A DNA stretch of 45,349 nucleotides from Candidatus Krumholzibacteriota bacterium (GTDB taxonomy: Bacteria; Krumholzibacteriota; Krumholzibacteriia; LZORAL124-64-63), in the NCBI GenBank assembly GCA_039714075.1, contig JBDLKA010000021.1, positions 1-45,349 of the forward strand, written 5' to 3'. Below, piece by piece: positions 9,147 through 17,817 of this stretch. Position 1 is the first letter of the stretch, and each line of letters starts with the position of its first letter. The position numbers and the translations under genes are program-made. The notes under the pieces were generated by a model, which did no database searches, was not told the origin of the DNA, and was given only the letters and a program-made list of their open reading frames with translations.

Positions 9147-11128
9147 GGTTTTTCCGGTTCTTGTTGCTGCTGGTTGTTCTCATGGCCTGTTTCCATGGGT
9201 TGGCGGCCGCGCAGTCGCCCCGGGACCCCGCCGGGCGATCCCAGCCGCAGGAACCCGGAGACAGGTTCGAGATCCCCAAGGATCTGAAGCAACCGCCGCC
9301 GCCGATGAACCACCAGACCATGATGGACCTGCGGCGCCGGTTGATCGAACTGGACCGTCTCCTGGTGCTGGGCAGTATCAGCAGGGCGGAATCGTTGGTG
9401 AAGGACCTGGAACAGCACAGCGCCCTGCGACAGGAACTGGTGACCCGCAAGATCAAGCTGGCCCAGCTCAAGGACGATCACACCGAGGCGATCCGGCTTT
9501 GCCGGGGCGCCCTGGCGTCGCGGAACAGGAACCCCGGACTCTGGCGGTCCCTGGCGGAATCCCAGCTGGCGATCGGCCAGCCGGACAGCGCCATGCAGTC
9601 GATCGGCAGCTTCATTTCCACCAATCCCAACGGCCGCAGCGCGACCATGGTGGGGGTGGACCTGTTGCAGAAGGCCGGCAGCCAGGGCATGGCCGTGACC
9701 CTCATCGATTCGATGCGCGTCATCCTGGGCGAGCCGCACCTGCTGGGCCGGCAGCGCGCGGTCAGTCTGCTGCTGTTGGACCGGCAGGAAGAGGCCGCCG
9801 ACGAGGTGGCGGCGGAACTGCGGTCCAATCCCTTCAATATTTCCCTGATAAGGATCGAGCTGCTGGAAGGTCCCTACGATGCCGTCCGGCACGGGGCGTT
9901 CCTGGAACGACTGATTGACAACTCACGGGAACCGGGGGCCCAGGGCGCCGAAGCGCTGCTGGCGGCCAACCTTCTGGTGGCGTCCGGAGAAGTCGACGAA
10001 GCGTTTGCCCTGGTCCAGCCTCTTCTTGCCGGCCGCACATCGATCATGGCGGTGCTGCAGAATTCCATCCTGCTGGTCCGGGAACTGGAACTGATGGAGG
10101 GCACGGACCAGATCCAACCCTCCGTGGATTATCTCCTGGCGGTGCTGGAAATACTGGCGGGGGTCGGGAACCGGGACCTGGTCCTCAGGCAGCGGGCGGC
10201 CGACCAGCTGGCCCAGGTCTGTGAAATCGCCCTGGGCGCGGGCGCCCTGGGAACCGAGCCGCGCCGGGCGGCCGATCGGTTCGGGGAATTGCTGGGCCTG
10301 GTGCGCGACATCCATCCCACCAGCGAATACCTGTATTCCTCGCAGATCAGGCTGGCCGCCTATACCCGGGACGTCCTGCATGAACCGGCGGTGGCGGCCC
10401 GCCGGCTGGAGCGTCTGCTGCTGAACCTGAACCTGCCGACCAGCGGAGTGGCCCTGGTGCGCCTGACCCTGGGAGAGTGCTACCTGGCGGCCGGCGACAC
10501 GGCCCGCGGCCGGGTGGTCCTGGACAACCTCGGCCGCGATCCCCAGTTCCGGCAGGCGGCGGGTCACGCCCATTACCATCTGGCCCGGCTCGACCTGGCC
10601 CAGGGGCATTTCGCCACCTCGCGCGACCGTTTTGCCGTCGTGGCGATGGACAATCCGGGCGCCCCCTACGCCAACGATTCCCTGGATCTGGGCCTGGCCA
10701 TCGCCGAGGAAATGGACAATCCCAGCGGTGGACCGACCATTCTGACCCTCTATGCGGGCAGCGTGTATTTCGACTTGACGAACAAACCGGACCAGCGGAC
10801 CACCGCGTTGGAAGAGTTCGTCGCCCAGGCGGCCACGCAGTTGGATTTGGAGGAACCGCAACATCTGCTGGAGCGGGGGCGGTATGAACTGGCGGTCCTG
10901 TACCGGGACGCCGGCCGGACCGTTGAGGCCCTGGCCCAGTTGGACCAGGTGATTTCCGGTCACCCCGACGGCCGGTATCCCGCGCGGTCCCTGGAGATGC
11001 GCGCGGGCATCCTGCAGGCCGCCGGTCGTCCGGAAGACGCCCGCCGGGCTTTGGAGCGCTTGCTGGCCCAGTATCCCGAATACCTGTTCATCGATGACGT
11101 GCGTGACGAATTGAGGACCCTGCCATGA
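9143..11128 (+). CDS. Exported tetratricopeptide-repeat protein
   Basis: Signal peptide (MRFFRFLLLLVVLMACFHGLAAA) and helical TPR-like repeats (LGECYLAAGD, AHYHLARLDL, YELAVLY...LLAQYP). GTGA overlap with the upstream stop. Confidence 0.8.
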   Translation: MRFFRFLLLLVVLMACFHGLAAAQSPRDPAGRSQPQEPGDRFEIPKDLKQPPPPMNHQTMMDLRRRLIELDRLLVLGSISRAESLVKDLEQHSALRQELVTRKIKLAQLKDDHTEAIRLCRGALASRNRNPGLWRSLAESQLAIGQPDSAMQSIGSFISTNPNGRSATMVGVDLLQKAGSQGMAVTLIDSMRVILGEPHLLGRQRAVSLLLLDRQEEAADEVAAELRSNPFNISLIRIELLEGPYDAVRHGAFLERLIDNSREPGAQGAEALLAANLLVASGEVDEAFALVQPLLAGRTSIMAVLQNSILLVRELELMEGTDQIQPSVDYLLAVLEILAGVGNRDLVLRQRAADQLAQVCEIALGAGALGTEPRRAADRFGELLGLVRDIHPTSEYLYSSQIRLAAYTRDVLHEPAVAARRLERLLLNLNLPTSGVALVRLTLGECYLAAGDTARGRVVLDNLGRDPQFRQAAGHAHYHLARLDLAQGHFATSRDRFAVVAMDNPGAPYANDSLDLGLAIAEEMDNPSGGPTILTLYAGSVYFDLTNKPDQRTTALEEFVAQAATQLDLEEPQHLLERGRYELAVLYRDAGRTVEALAQLDQVISGHPDGRYPARSLEMRAGILQAAGRPEDARRALERLLAQYPEYLFIDDVRDELRTLP

Positions 11129-12390
11129 CCCGTTATCTGTTCCTGTTCATTGCCACGCTTACGATTTTTGCCGCCGGTCCCGCGCGCGCCGAGCGGTACC
11201 TGCTGGTGCCCATGGACCTGACCCAGAGCAACCATCTGCGGGCCTACGGCGTGGCCTTCCACAGCCTGCAGGCCGAGGAAAAAGTGAACTGGCTGCTGAA
11301 CTACCGCGGCGGCAGTTTCCTGATCAAGGACAACCAGCGTCTGCGCCTGGACGCGCGGCTGCTGGGGGTCAGCTTCGAAGAGGTTGGCGAAACCGAGGTG
11401 GCCCGGATCAGGGAGGTCGTGGCCCAGGAGAACATGGACGAGGTCCTGCTGGAAAAGCCGCCCCGCATCGCCGTGTACAGTCCGCCCCACAAACAGCCCT
11501 GGGACGACGCCGTTACCCTGGCCCTGACCTATGCCGAGGTGCCCTACGACATCGTCTATGACGTGGATGTTTTGTCGGGCCAACTGGGCGATTACGACTG
11601 GCTGCATCTGCATCACGAGGATTTCACCGGGCAGTACGGGAAGTTCTACGTCAACTTCGGGCTGGAACCCTGGTACCTGGAGCAGAAGCACTTCCACGAG
11701 GAGCTGGCCCGCGAACTGGGCTACGAAAACGTGTGGCAGTTGAAACACGCGGTGGCTGCAACGATCCAGGAATACGTCGAAGGCGGCGGGTTCCTGTTCG
11801 CCATGTGCTCGGCGACCGACACCATCGACATCGCCCTGGCCTGGCTGCGCACCGACATCGTGCCGGCGCCCTTCGACAACACGCCCTATGATCCGGCCTA
11901 CAAGTCCCAGGCCGACTTCGAACAGACCTTCGCCTTCCGGGATTTCAAGCTGATGACCAACCCCATGGTCTACGAGTTCTCCGATCTGGACACCAGCAAC
12001 TACGCCATGATGCGTGGCGCGATGGCCGACTACTTCACGCTGTTCGCGTTCGCGGCCAAGTACGATCCGGTGCCGGCCATGCTTACGCAGAATCATGTCA
12101 ACGTGGTCAACGGGTTTCTGGGGCAGACCACGGGTTACGGGCGGAAGCATTTGAAAAGGTCGGTGACGGTGCTGGCCGCGGTCGAGGGGACCGAGGAGGT
12201 CAAGTACATCCACGGAAAGCGGGGGATGGGGACCTGGACTTTTCTCGGGGGGCATGATCCGGAGGACTATCAGCACAGGGTGGGGGATCCGCCGACGGAT
12301 CTGGATCTGTATCCGACCTCGCCCGGGTACCGGTTGATTTTGAACAATATCCTTTTTCCTGCGGCACGGAAGAAGCCCCAGAAGACCTGA
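11125..12390 (+). CDS. Conserved secreted FCB-type protein with class-I GATase-like region (family often auto-labelled 'asparagine synthetase B')
   Basis: Signal peptide and motifs HLRAYG, WLLNYRGGSF, QPWDDAVTLALTYAE, WLHLHHEDFTGQYGKFY, FAMCSATD, GHDPEDYQH and SPGYRLILNN. ATGA overlap with the TPR gene. Confidence 0.7.
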   Translation: MTRYLFLFIATLTIFAAGPARAERYLLVPMDLTQSNHLRAYGVAFHSLQAEEKVNWLLNYRGGSFLIKDNQRLRLDARLLGVSFEEVGETEVARIREVVAQENMDEVLLEKPPRIAVYSPPHKQPWDDAVTLALTYAEVPYDIVYDVDVLSGQLGDYDWLHLHHEDFTGQYGKFYVNFGLEPWYLEQKHFHEELARELGYENVWQLKHAVAATIQEYVEGGGFLFAMCSATDTIDIALAWLRTDIVPAPFDNTPYDPAYKSQADFEQTFAFRDFKLMTNPMVYEFSDLDTSNYAMMRGAMADYFTLFAFAAKYDPVPAMLTQNHVNVVNGFLGQTTGYGRKHLKRSVTVLAAVEGTEEVKYIHGKRGMGTWTFLGGHDPEDYQHRVGDPPTDLDLYPTSPGYRLILNNILFPAARKKPQKT

Positions 12391-13983
12391 TCATTGGCCG
12401 GTATTGAGCCGCCAGATCGCCCCCCATCTCGCCCGGCTGAAAAGCGGTCCCCTGGTCACGAGCTGGACATCGTCGTAAAGGCGCCGCAATGCCGGATCGA
12501 CAAGCCGGTTCCTGTCCGCGGCGATGGTGGCTTTGAAACCCTCGGGGAAATCCCGGTAAAAATGGCCGATGCGCCAGCCACTCTTGTATCTGGGGTGCGG
12601 CGTGACCGGAAGACGCGCCAGGAAGGGACTAGCCAGGCCGTAGGGACCCAGCACGTGGATCCAGGGACCGGCCTCGTAGCCGAAGAAACCGATGTTCTGT
12701 ATCAGGCGGTATCCCTGTTGGTTCCTGGCTATGGCCCGGGCACGGGCGCGCCGGCCCTCGAGGGCCCAAACATGCTCTTCGAAGTCGCCGTCGAGGCGGT
12801 GCCAGGCCCCGGTTGTCCGGAAGTAGTAGCCACGTTCGTCGTTGATCCCCGACCACCCCTCCGGTTGACTATAGTCGAAAGAGCAGGTGACCGGATTGCC
12901 GGGCACCAGCAGGGCCAGGCCTAGGCCCGCGGCCAAGGCCCAACGCAGGCGCGGGTCGGGCATCGGCCGCCGCGCCATGAGGCAGACGGTGAAGATGAAC
13001 GGCAGGGTCAGGAAGCGCCCCCCCATGAAGCACCCCCCGATCCACACGACATACAGGAGATGAAGCACCTGTCCGATCAGGAAAGCCAGGTCGGCTCTCG
13101 GCCTGCGCAGCATGACCGCCGCCCCTGCCACGAGCGTCAACCCCAGCACCGGATCGGCCTTCACGGAGTAGTCCAGGTAACGCAATCCCTGGCCCGCCAG
13201 CAGGGTGGCCGACAGGCCGGTGTCGAGCTTGGCATAAGCCGTGTTGGCCACCGGAAAGCCGAACCAGACGACCGAGAAAATCTCCCAGAGGATCAACGGC
13301 AGCATCCCCGTCAACAGGGGGCGCCAGGCCAGCCGGCCCAGCCCCGCCGCCCGCCACATCAGCGGCGGGCCGAACAGAAGCACGCTGTCAGCGCGCGTCA
13401 TGGCTGCCAGGGCGGTGATCAACGTAAGCAGAAGGATATTGTTTTCCGCGCCGGACGACACCCCGGATCCCTTGCGGTTCCGCCGTGACCATACCGCCAC
13501 GAACAGTACCGCAAGCAGGTACAGGAGCGGGTTCTCCAGTCCCGACGTGGCGTAGTCGACCCACCACTTGGACATCGCCAACGCAAGCGCGGCAAGCGCA
13601 GCGGTGGCGGGCGAGGAAGCCAGGCGCCAGAACACCATCGCCAGGGCCGCAAGCGTTGCGACGAGCGAGGCAAGCACCAGGCTCCAGTATCCATCCTGCA
13701 CCACGAACCGCACGCCGGTCACGGCCAGCAACCACAGCGGATGGGTGAATACCTGCACCCGCTCCCCGGCGTTCCAGGTCAGCCCCCTGCCCTCGACCAG
13801 GTTCTCTACGGTGCGCAGGGAGATAAAGGCGTCGTCCCCGACCCAGGCGCACTTGAAGACGACCAAGGCCAACAGGACCAGCAGGCCCGTGCGCAGGAGG
13901 TGGTCGAGGCGACGACCCTGCCGTAAAGAAGCAGCATCCTCCGTTTGGTCAAGTTGTCCTGTGAAGATGATCAAGGCACCCAT
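12391..13983 (-). CDS. Polytopic GT-C glycosyltransferase, arabinofuranosyltransferase AftB-like
   Basis: First-loop motif DDAFISLRTVENLVEGRGLTWNAGERVQVFTHPLW resembles the AftB DD...N.GERVE..T signature. Also TSGLENPL, PNTAYAK-like 'VANTAYAK', GGCFMGGRF, RIGHF and about 10 or more TM segments. Confidence 0.7.
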   Translation of the reverse strand: MGALIIFTGQLDQTEDAASLRQGRRLDHLLRTGLLVLLALVVFKCAWVGDDAFISLRTVENLVEGRGLTWNAGERVQVFTHPLWLLAVTGVRFVVQDGYWSLVLASLVATLAALAMVFWRLASSPATAALAALALAMSKWWVDYATSGLENPLLYLLAVLFVAVWSRRNRKGSGVSSGAENNILLLTLITALAAMTRADSVLLFGPPLMWRAAGLGRLAWRPLLTGMLPLILWEIFSVVWFGFPVANTAYAKLDTGLSATLLAGQGLRYLDYSVKADPVLGLTLVAGAAVMLRRPRADLAFLIGQVLHLLYVVWIGGCFMGGRFLTLPFIFTVCLMARRPMPDPRLRWALAAGLGLALLVPGNPVTCSFDYSQPEGWSGINDERGYYFRTTGAWHRLDGDFEEHVWALEGRRARARAIARNQQGYRLIQNIGFFGYEAGPWIHVLGPYGLASPFLARLPVTPHPRYKSGWRIGHFYRDFPEGFKATIAADRNRLVDPALRRLYDDVQLVTRGPLFSRARWGAIWRLNTGQ

Positions 13984-14135
13984 CCGACATGACTGGAAAC
14001 CGAATTACCTCAGGGAATACTGTGGAACTTGCGGGATGTTGTCAACGCTGCCACCGACCAATCCCACAGCCGCACCCCGCGCTCGAATCCCGACTCCTGG
14101 TGTGGATGTATTATAACTGCTGGTTACTGAAGTGT

Positions 14136-14154
14136 TTGAATGATTTTCATTATA
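14136..14154. promoter_or_regulatory. Fur-box-like site in AT-rich divergent promoter region
   Basis: TTGAATGATTTTCATTATA matches 13/19 of GATAATGATAATCATTATC. The core AATGATTTTCAT recurs at 32670-32681. Confidence 0.35.
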
Positions 14155-14258
14155 TTGCGCCGGCCCAACGATTGTGATTGATTATCCCTATAAAATCGCT
14201 AGGATATACAGGATCCAATTTCAAGTGGGGGGAGGAGGTGCCATCCCTGGAGTTGATC

Positions 14259-14444
14259 ATGGATTTTCCTGCCTGCAAGAAGTGCAACGACGGCCTGCTG
14301 CTGCCCCTGTCCGACTACGGACGGGACGGCGCACCCATCCGCTACAAGGCCTGGGTTTGCCACAACCCGGACTGCGGTTTCAGCATCCGCATCGACAACG
14401 GTGAAATCAGCCTGGGCAAGAGCCTGCGCGAATCGGTCAAGTAG
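14259..14444 (+). CDS. Small (61 aa) Cys-rich zinc-ribbon-like protein
   Basis: GGAG RBS 6 nt before ATG 14259. Sequence MDFPACKKCNDG...WVCHNPDCGF has CxxC and CxxxxC, with GC3-rich codon usage like neighbouring genes. Confidence 0.75.
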   Translation: MDFPACKKCNDGLLLPLSDYGRDGAPIRYKAWVCHNPDCGFSIRIDNGEISLGKSLRESVK

Positions 14445-15270
14445 CCGGCTTCCCCACGGTCCAGAGGAAGCGTCCCACCACCAGCATCCCCAGTATCGAA
14501 CCCGCGGCCAGGCCCCAGTCCTGCATGGTTATGGGCTGCGGTTCGGCCAGGCTGCCCTCGGCGTTCAGCATCGCCCACAGGGAAACGGCGTTGTGCACCG
14601 CGTGCGCCACCCAGCAGGCCGTCACCGACCGCGTGGTTTCGTAGATGAAGGCCAGCATGAAGCCCACCCCGACCAGGCCGAACAGGAACCAGGGTTCCCC
14701 GTGAACGATGGCGAAAACGAGGGCTGAGATCAGCGCTGCGGGCATCGCGCCCCACATGACTGAAGCCAGCCGGTGCAACAAGCCCCGGAAAATGATTTCT
14801 TCGGCGAGCGGCGCCACGAACACGACGGTGAAAACGGCAAACAGGATGCCGGGGCCCGTGGTGGGCATGTTTTCCCGGAAAAAACTTTCCCACTGCGGAT
14901 TGGCCGGGTGCAGGCGCAGGGACAGTTCGGCCAGCAGCGAAGTGGGGACCAGGGAACACAACGCCATCAGCGCGGCGGCGGCCAGGATGAGCGGGTGGAC
15001 GGTGGTCAGGCTGAAGTCCCGGCGGAGGGTGAAATTCCAACGGCGGGCCAGCAGGTACACCGGCAGCAGGACCCCGGCGACCGCCCCGGCCAGCACGGGC
15101 ACGAACAGGTCCGTCCGCACCAGGTAGAACAGGACCTGGAAGAAGAAATTGCCGGCCATCAGGATGGTGGCCAGACCCATGATCCGGCCCCGGCTCCAGG
15201 TTTCCCACAAACCCTGCGGCTGCTGCGGTTCCTGGGGAATGTTGCCGTTATACTGATTCAAGTCGTTCAT
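14437..15270 (-). CDS. CPBP (CAAX/Abi) family intramembrane metalloprotease
   Basis: APLAEEIIFRG (EExxxR), FAIVHG and AHAVHN motifs with multiple TM helices. Start is ATG 15270 or TTG 15279. Confidence 0.9.
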   Translation of the reverse strand: MNDLNQYNGNIPQEPQQPQGLWETWSRGRIMGLATILMAGNFFFQVLFYLVRTDLFVPVLAGAVAGVLLPVYLLARRWNFTLRRDFSLTTVHPLILAAAALMALCSLVPTSLLAELSLRLHPANPQWESFFRENMPTTGPGILFAVFTVVFVAPLAEEIIFRGLLHRLASVMWGAMPAALISALVFAIVHGEPWFLFGLVGVGFMLAFIYETTRSVTACWVAHAVHNAVSLWAMLNAEGSLAEPQPITMQDWGLAAGSILGMLVVGRFLWTVGKPAT

Positions 15271-15373
15271 GTTCTCCAAGATCGGGAATCAGCCGCCGGG
15301 GATCAACCCCGTGCCGGCCAATCTGCTGGGAATCCGCCGCCGATGGGGTTAATATCCATCACCGGGTCGCTAA

Positions 15374-16153
15374 ATGAAAGGTGCCGCCGTGCCGAGTCGG
15401 GAAAATCGTCATATCCAGGCCGTGATCTTCGATCTCGACAATACCCTGACCGATTTCATGAAGGCCAAGGAAAATTCCATCACGGCCGCGGTCGACGCCA
15501 TGATCGACGTGGGTTTGACGCTGTCGCGCGAGGAGGCGACCGAGCGGATCTTCGCCATCTACAAGAAGGAGGGGATAGAGCACCAGCGCGTCTTCAACAT
15601 TTTCCTGGAACAGACGGTCGGCAAGGTTGACTACCGCATGCTGGCCGCCGCGGTGGTGGCCTACCGCCGTGGCAGGGAAGGGTCGCTGGTAACCTATCCC
15701 CACGCCAAGCTCGTGCTCAATCGCCTGCTCAAGGCCGGCTATAAACTGGCGGTGGTCAGCGACGCTCCGGGATTCGAAGCCTGGATGCGGCTGACGGCGG
15801 TGGGTCTGCAGCATACTTTCGATGTCGTGCTCACCTTCGACGACACCGGTTGCCACAAGCCCGACCCGACCGGTTTCCTGATGGCCCTGGACAGGTTGGA
15901 CGTGAAGGCCGAGCGCGCGGTCGTCATCGGGGACTGGAAGGAACGGGACATCCTGGGCGGGCGCAAGGCCGGGCTGCACACGGTTTATGCCCGCTATGGC
16001 GATCAGTATTCCAAGTACGCCGACAAGATGGAGAGCGAACCCACGGAACCGGATTTCGTGGCCGACGATCTGCTGCAACTCCTGGACGTGCTGGATCACC
16101 TGAACGGATCCGAACACTCCAACGACTCCGGACAAGAGGGAAAGGACGCCTGA
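15374..16153 (+). CDS. HAD-superfamily subfamily IA hydrolase (phosphatase)
   Basis: Motif I FDLDNTL, motif II VVSD, motif III KPDP and motif IV IGD..ERDI.G. Confidence 0.9.
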   Translation: MKGAAVPSRENRHIQAVIFDLDNTLTDFMKAKENSITAAVDAMIDVGLTLSREEATERIFAIYKKEGIEHQRVFNIFLEQTVGKVDYRMLAAAVVAYRRGREGSLVTYPHAKLVLNRLLKAGYKLAVVSDAPGFEAWMRLTAVGLQHTFDVVLTFDDTGCHKPDPTGFLMALDRLDVKAERAVVIGDWKERDILGGRKAGLHTVYARYGDQYSKYADKMESEPTEPDFVADDLLQLLDVLDHLNGSEHSNDSGQEGKDA

Positions 16154-16154
16154 G

Positions 16155-17804
16155 ATGCTGGTTTGCACGGCCGCGCAGATGGCCGCCATCGACGCCGAGA
16201 CAATTGGCGGGGGAGTTCCCGGCGAAAAGTTGATGGAGCGGGCGGGACACGCCCTGGCCGGGGCGCTGTTGGAATTCCTGGCCGACGGCAATGAAGGCGG
16301 GCACGATCATCATCACGAATCCTGCGGCGACGAGGGCCCGGGAGTTTTGATCATCTGCGGCAAGGGAAACAATGGTGGCGACGGATTGGTCATGGCCCGG
16401 TTGCTGGCGGCTGAAGGATGCTCCGTCGTGGTGATGCTGCTTGGCCGGTCCGGCGAACTCAGTGCCGACGCCCTGCTCAATTTCGGCCGGTTGCCTCAAA
16501 GTGTCCAGGTGGTCACCCCGGAAGTCGCCCATTGGTCCGCCTCCTTTACCGATTTGTCCGCTGACGCGGATGTCGTGGTGGACGCCATCTTCGGGACGGG
16601 CATCAAGACGCCCCTGCGGGAGCCGTACCCCGCCTTGATTCGCGCCGTCAATGATGCGGGTCTGCCCTGTCTGGCGGTGGATATTCCCTCGGGCGTATCC
16701 GGCGATGACGGCCGGGTGGATCCGGTGGCGGTGGCGGCCGATCTCACGGTGACCATCGGGCTGCCCAAGCTGGGACTGCTGCTCGCCCCGGGCCGGGATT
16801 TCGTCGGCGATATCGAAGTGGCGGACATCGGTTTTCCTGAAGAAACCTGCCGCCGGCATGCGGGCGATCTGCGCTGGCTACGGCGGGAAGATTACCTGGC
16901 CCTTTTGCCGCCGCGTCCCGGGACGGTCCACAAGTATCAATGCGGGCGGCTGCTGGTATTGGCCGGTTCGCGGGATTTCGGCGGCGCCGCCCATCTGGCG
17001 GGCCTGGGCGCCCTGCGGTCGGGTGTGGGTCTGGTGGCCATGGCGGTTCCCTCGTGCCTCGAGACCGCCACCCGGGTGATTCTTCCCGAAGCGGTGACCC
17101 GCGTGGTGGCGGAAACACCGACCGGAACCATTGCTCCATTAATGGCTCCGGAGCTGGACGATTTGCTGGAAAAGAAGGAGGCCCTGGCGGTCGGTCCCGG
17201 CCTGGGGTCCAACCCTGTGACCGATGACTGGGTGGTGGACCTGGTGGCCCAGCGGACTTTGCCCATGGTGGTGGATGCCGATGCCCTGAGCGCCATCGCC
17301 CGCCTGGATCTCAAACCGGTTTTCGGCTCGGACCAGGTTATCCTCACCCCTCACGTGGGGGAACTGGCCCGGATGATCAAAAAGCCCACCGAGGAAGTCG
17401 CGCGCCGCCGCCTGCATCTGGTCGGCGAATTGGCCGCCGAATGGAACGTGGTGCTGATGCTGAAGGGCTCGCCTTCCGTGATCGGGGCGCCCGACGGGCG
17501 GGTGTTCATCAATCCCTCCGGTGACGACGCCCTGGCCCGGGGCGGGAGCGGCGATGTGCTGACCGGTCTGCTGGGCGGACTTCTGGCCCAGGGCCTGAAC
17601 GCCCTGGATGCGGCCCTGCTCGGGGCTTACCTTCACGGCCGGGCCGGCACCGCGGCCGCCCGCGGAATCGGCAACCGGTCGGTGCTGGTCCGGGAGATCG
17701 CCGCGGCCATCGGCCCGGTGTTCGAGGAAATGGAAAAGGAAGCCAGCGCCTCGGCCGCCTTGCGGGAAAGGATCTGGCCCGTCAATCCCGAAGGCTCACC
17801 ATAA
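16155..17804 (+). CDS. nnr: Bifunctional NAD(P)HX epimerase/dehydratase (YjeF-N + YjeF-C)
   Basis: LMERAG, CGKGNNGGDG, VDAIFGTG, AVDIPSG, HKY..G, VGPGLG, VVDADAL, LTPHVGE and GGSGDVLTG. Confidence 0.95.
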   Translation: MLVCTAAQMAAIDAETIGGGVPGEKLMERAGHALAGALLEFLADGNEGGHDHHHESCGDEGPGVLIICGKGNNGGDGLVMARLLAAEGCSVVVMLLGRSGELSADALLNFGRLPQSVQVVTPEVAHWSASFTDLSADADVVVDAIFGTGIKTPLREPYPALIRAVNDAGLPCLAVDIPSGVSGDDGRVDPVAVAADLTVTIGLPKLGLLLAPGRDFVGDIEVADIGFPEETCRRHAGDLRWLRREDYLALLPPRPGTVHKYQCGRLLVLAGSRDFGGAAHLAGLGALRSGVGLVAMAVPSCLETATRVILPEAVTRVVAETPTGTIAPLMAPELDDLLEKKEALAVGPGLGSNPVTDDWVVDLVAQRTLPMVVDADALSAIARLDLKPVFGSDQVILTPHVGELARMIKKPTEEVARRRLHLVGELAAEWNVVLMLKGSPSVIGAPDGRVFINPSGDDALARGGSGDVLTGLLGGLLAQGLNALDAALLGAYLHGRAGTAAARGIGNRSVLVREIAAAIGPVFEEMEKEASASAALRERIWPVNPEGSP

Positions 17805-17817
17805 CCGAAATGGCATC

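Noticed and set aside
11125..12390. Asparagine synthetase B (asnB) call
   Set aside because: It has a signal peptide and lacks the Ntn N-terminal Cys and the SGGLDS PP-loop.
14437..15270. CPBP protease as abortive-infection defence or as the sortase for the WGxxK tail
   Set aside because: There is no defence context and no linkage to tail-bearing genes; nothing in the sequence supports either role.
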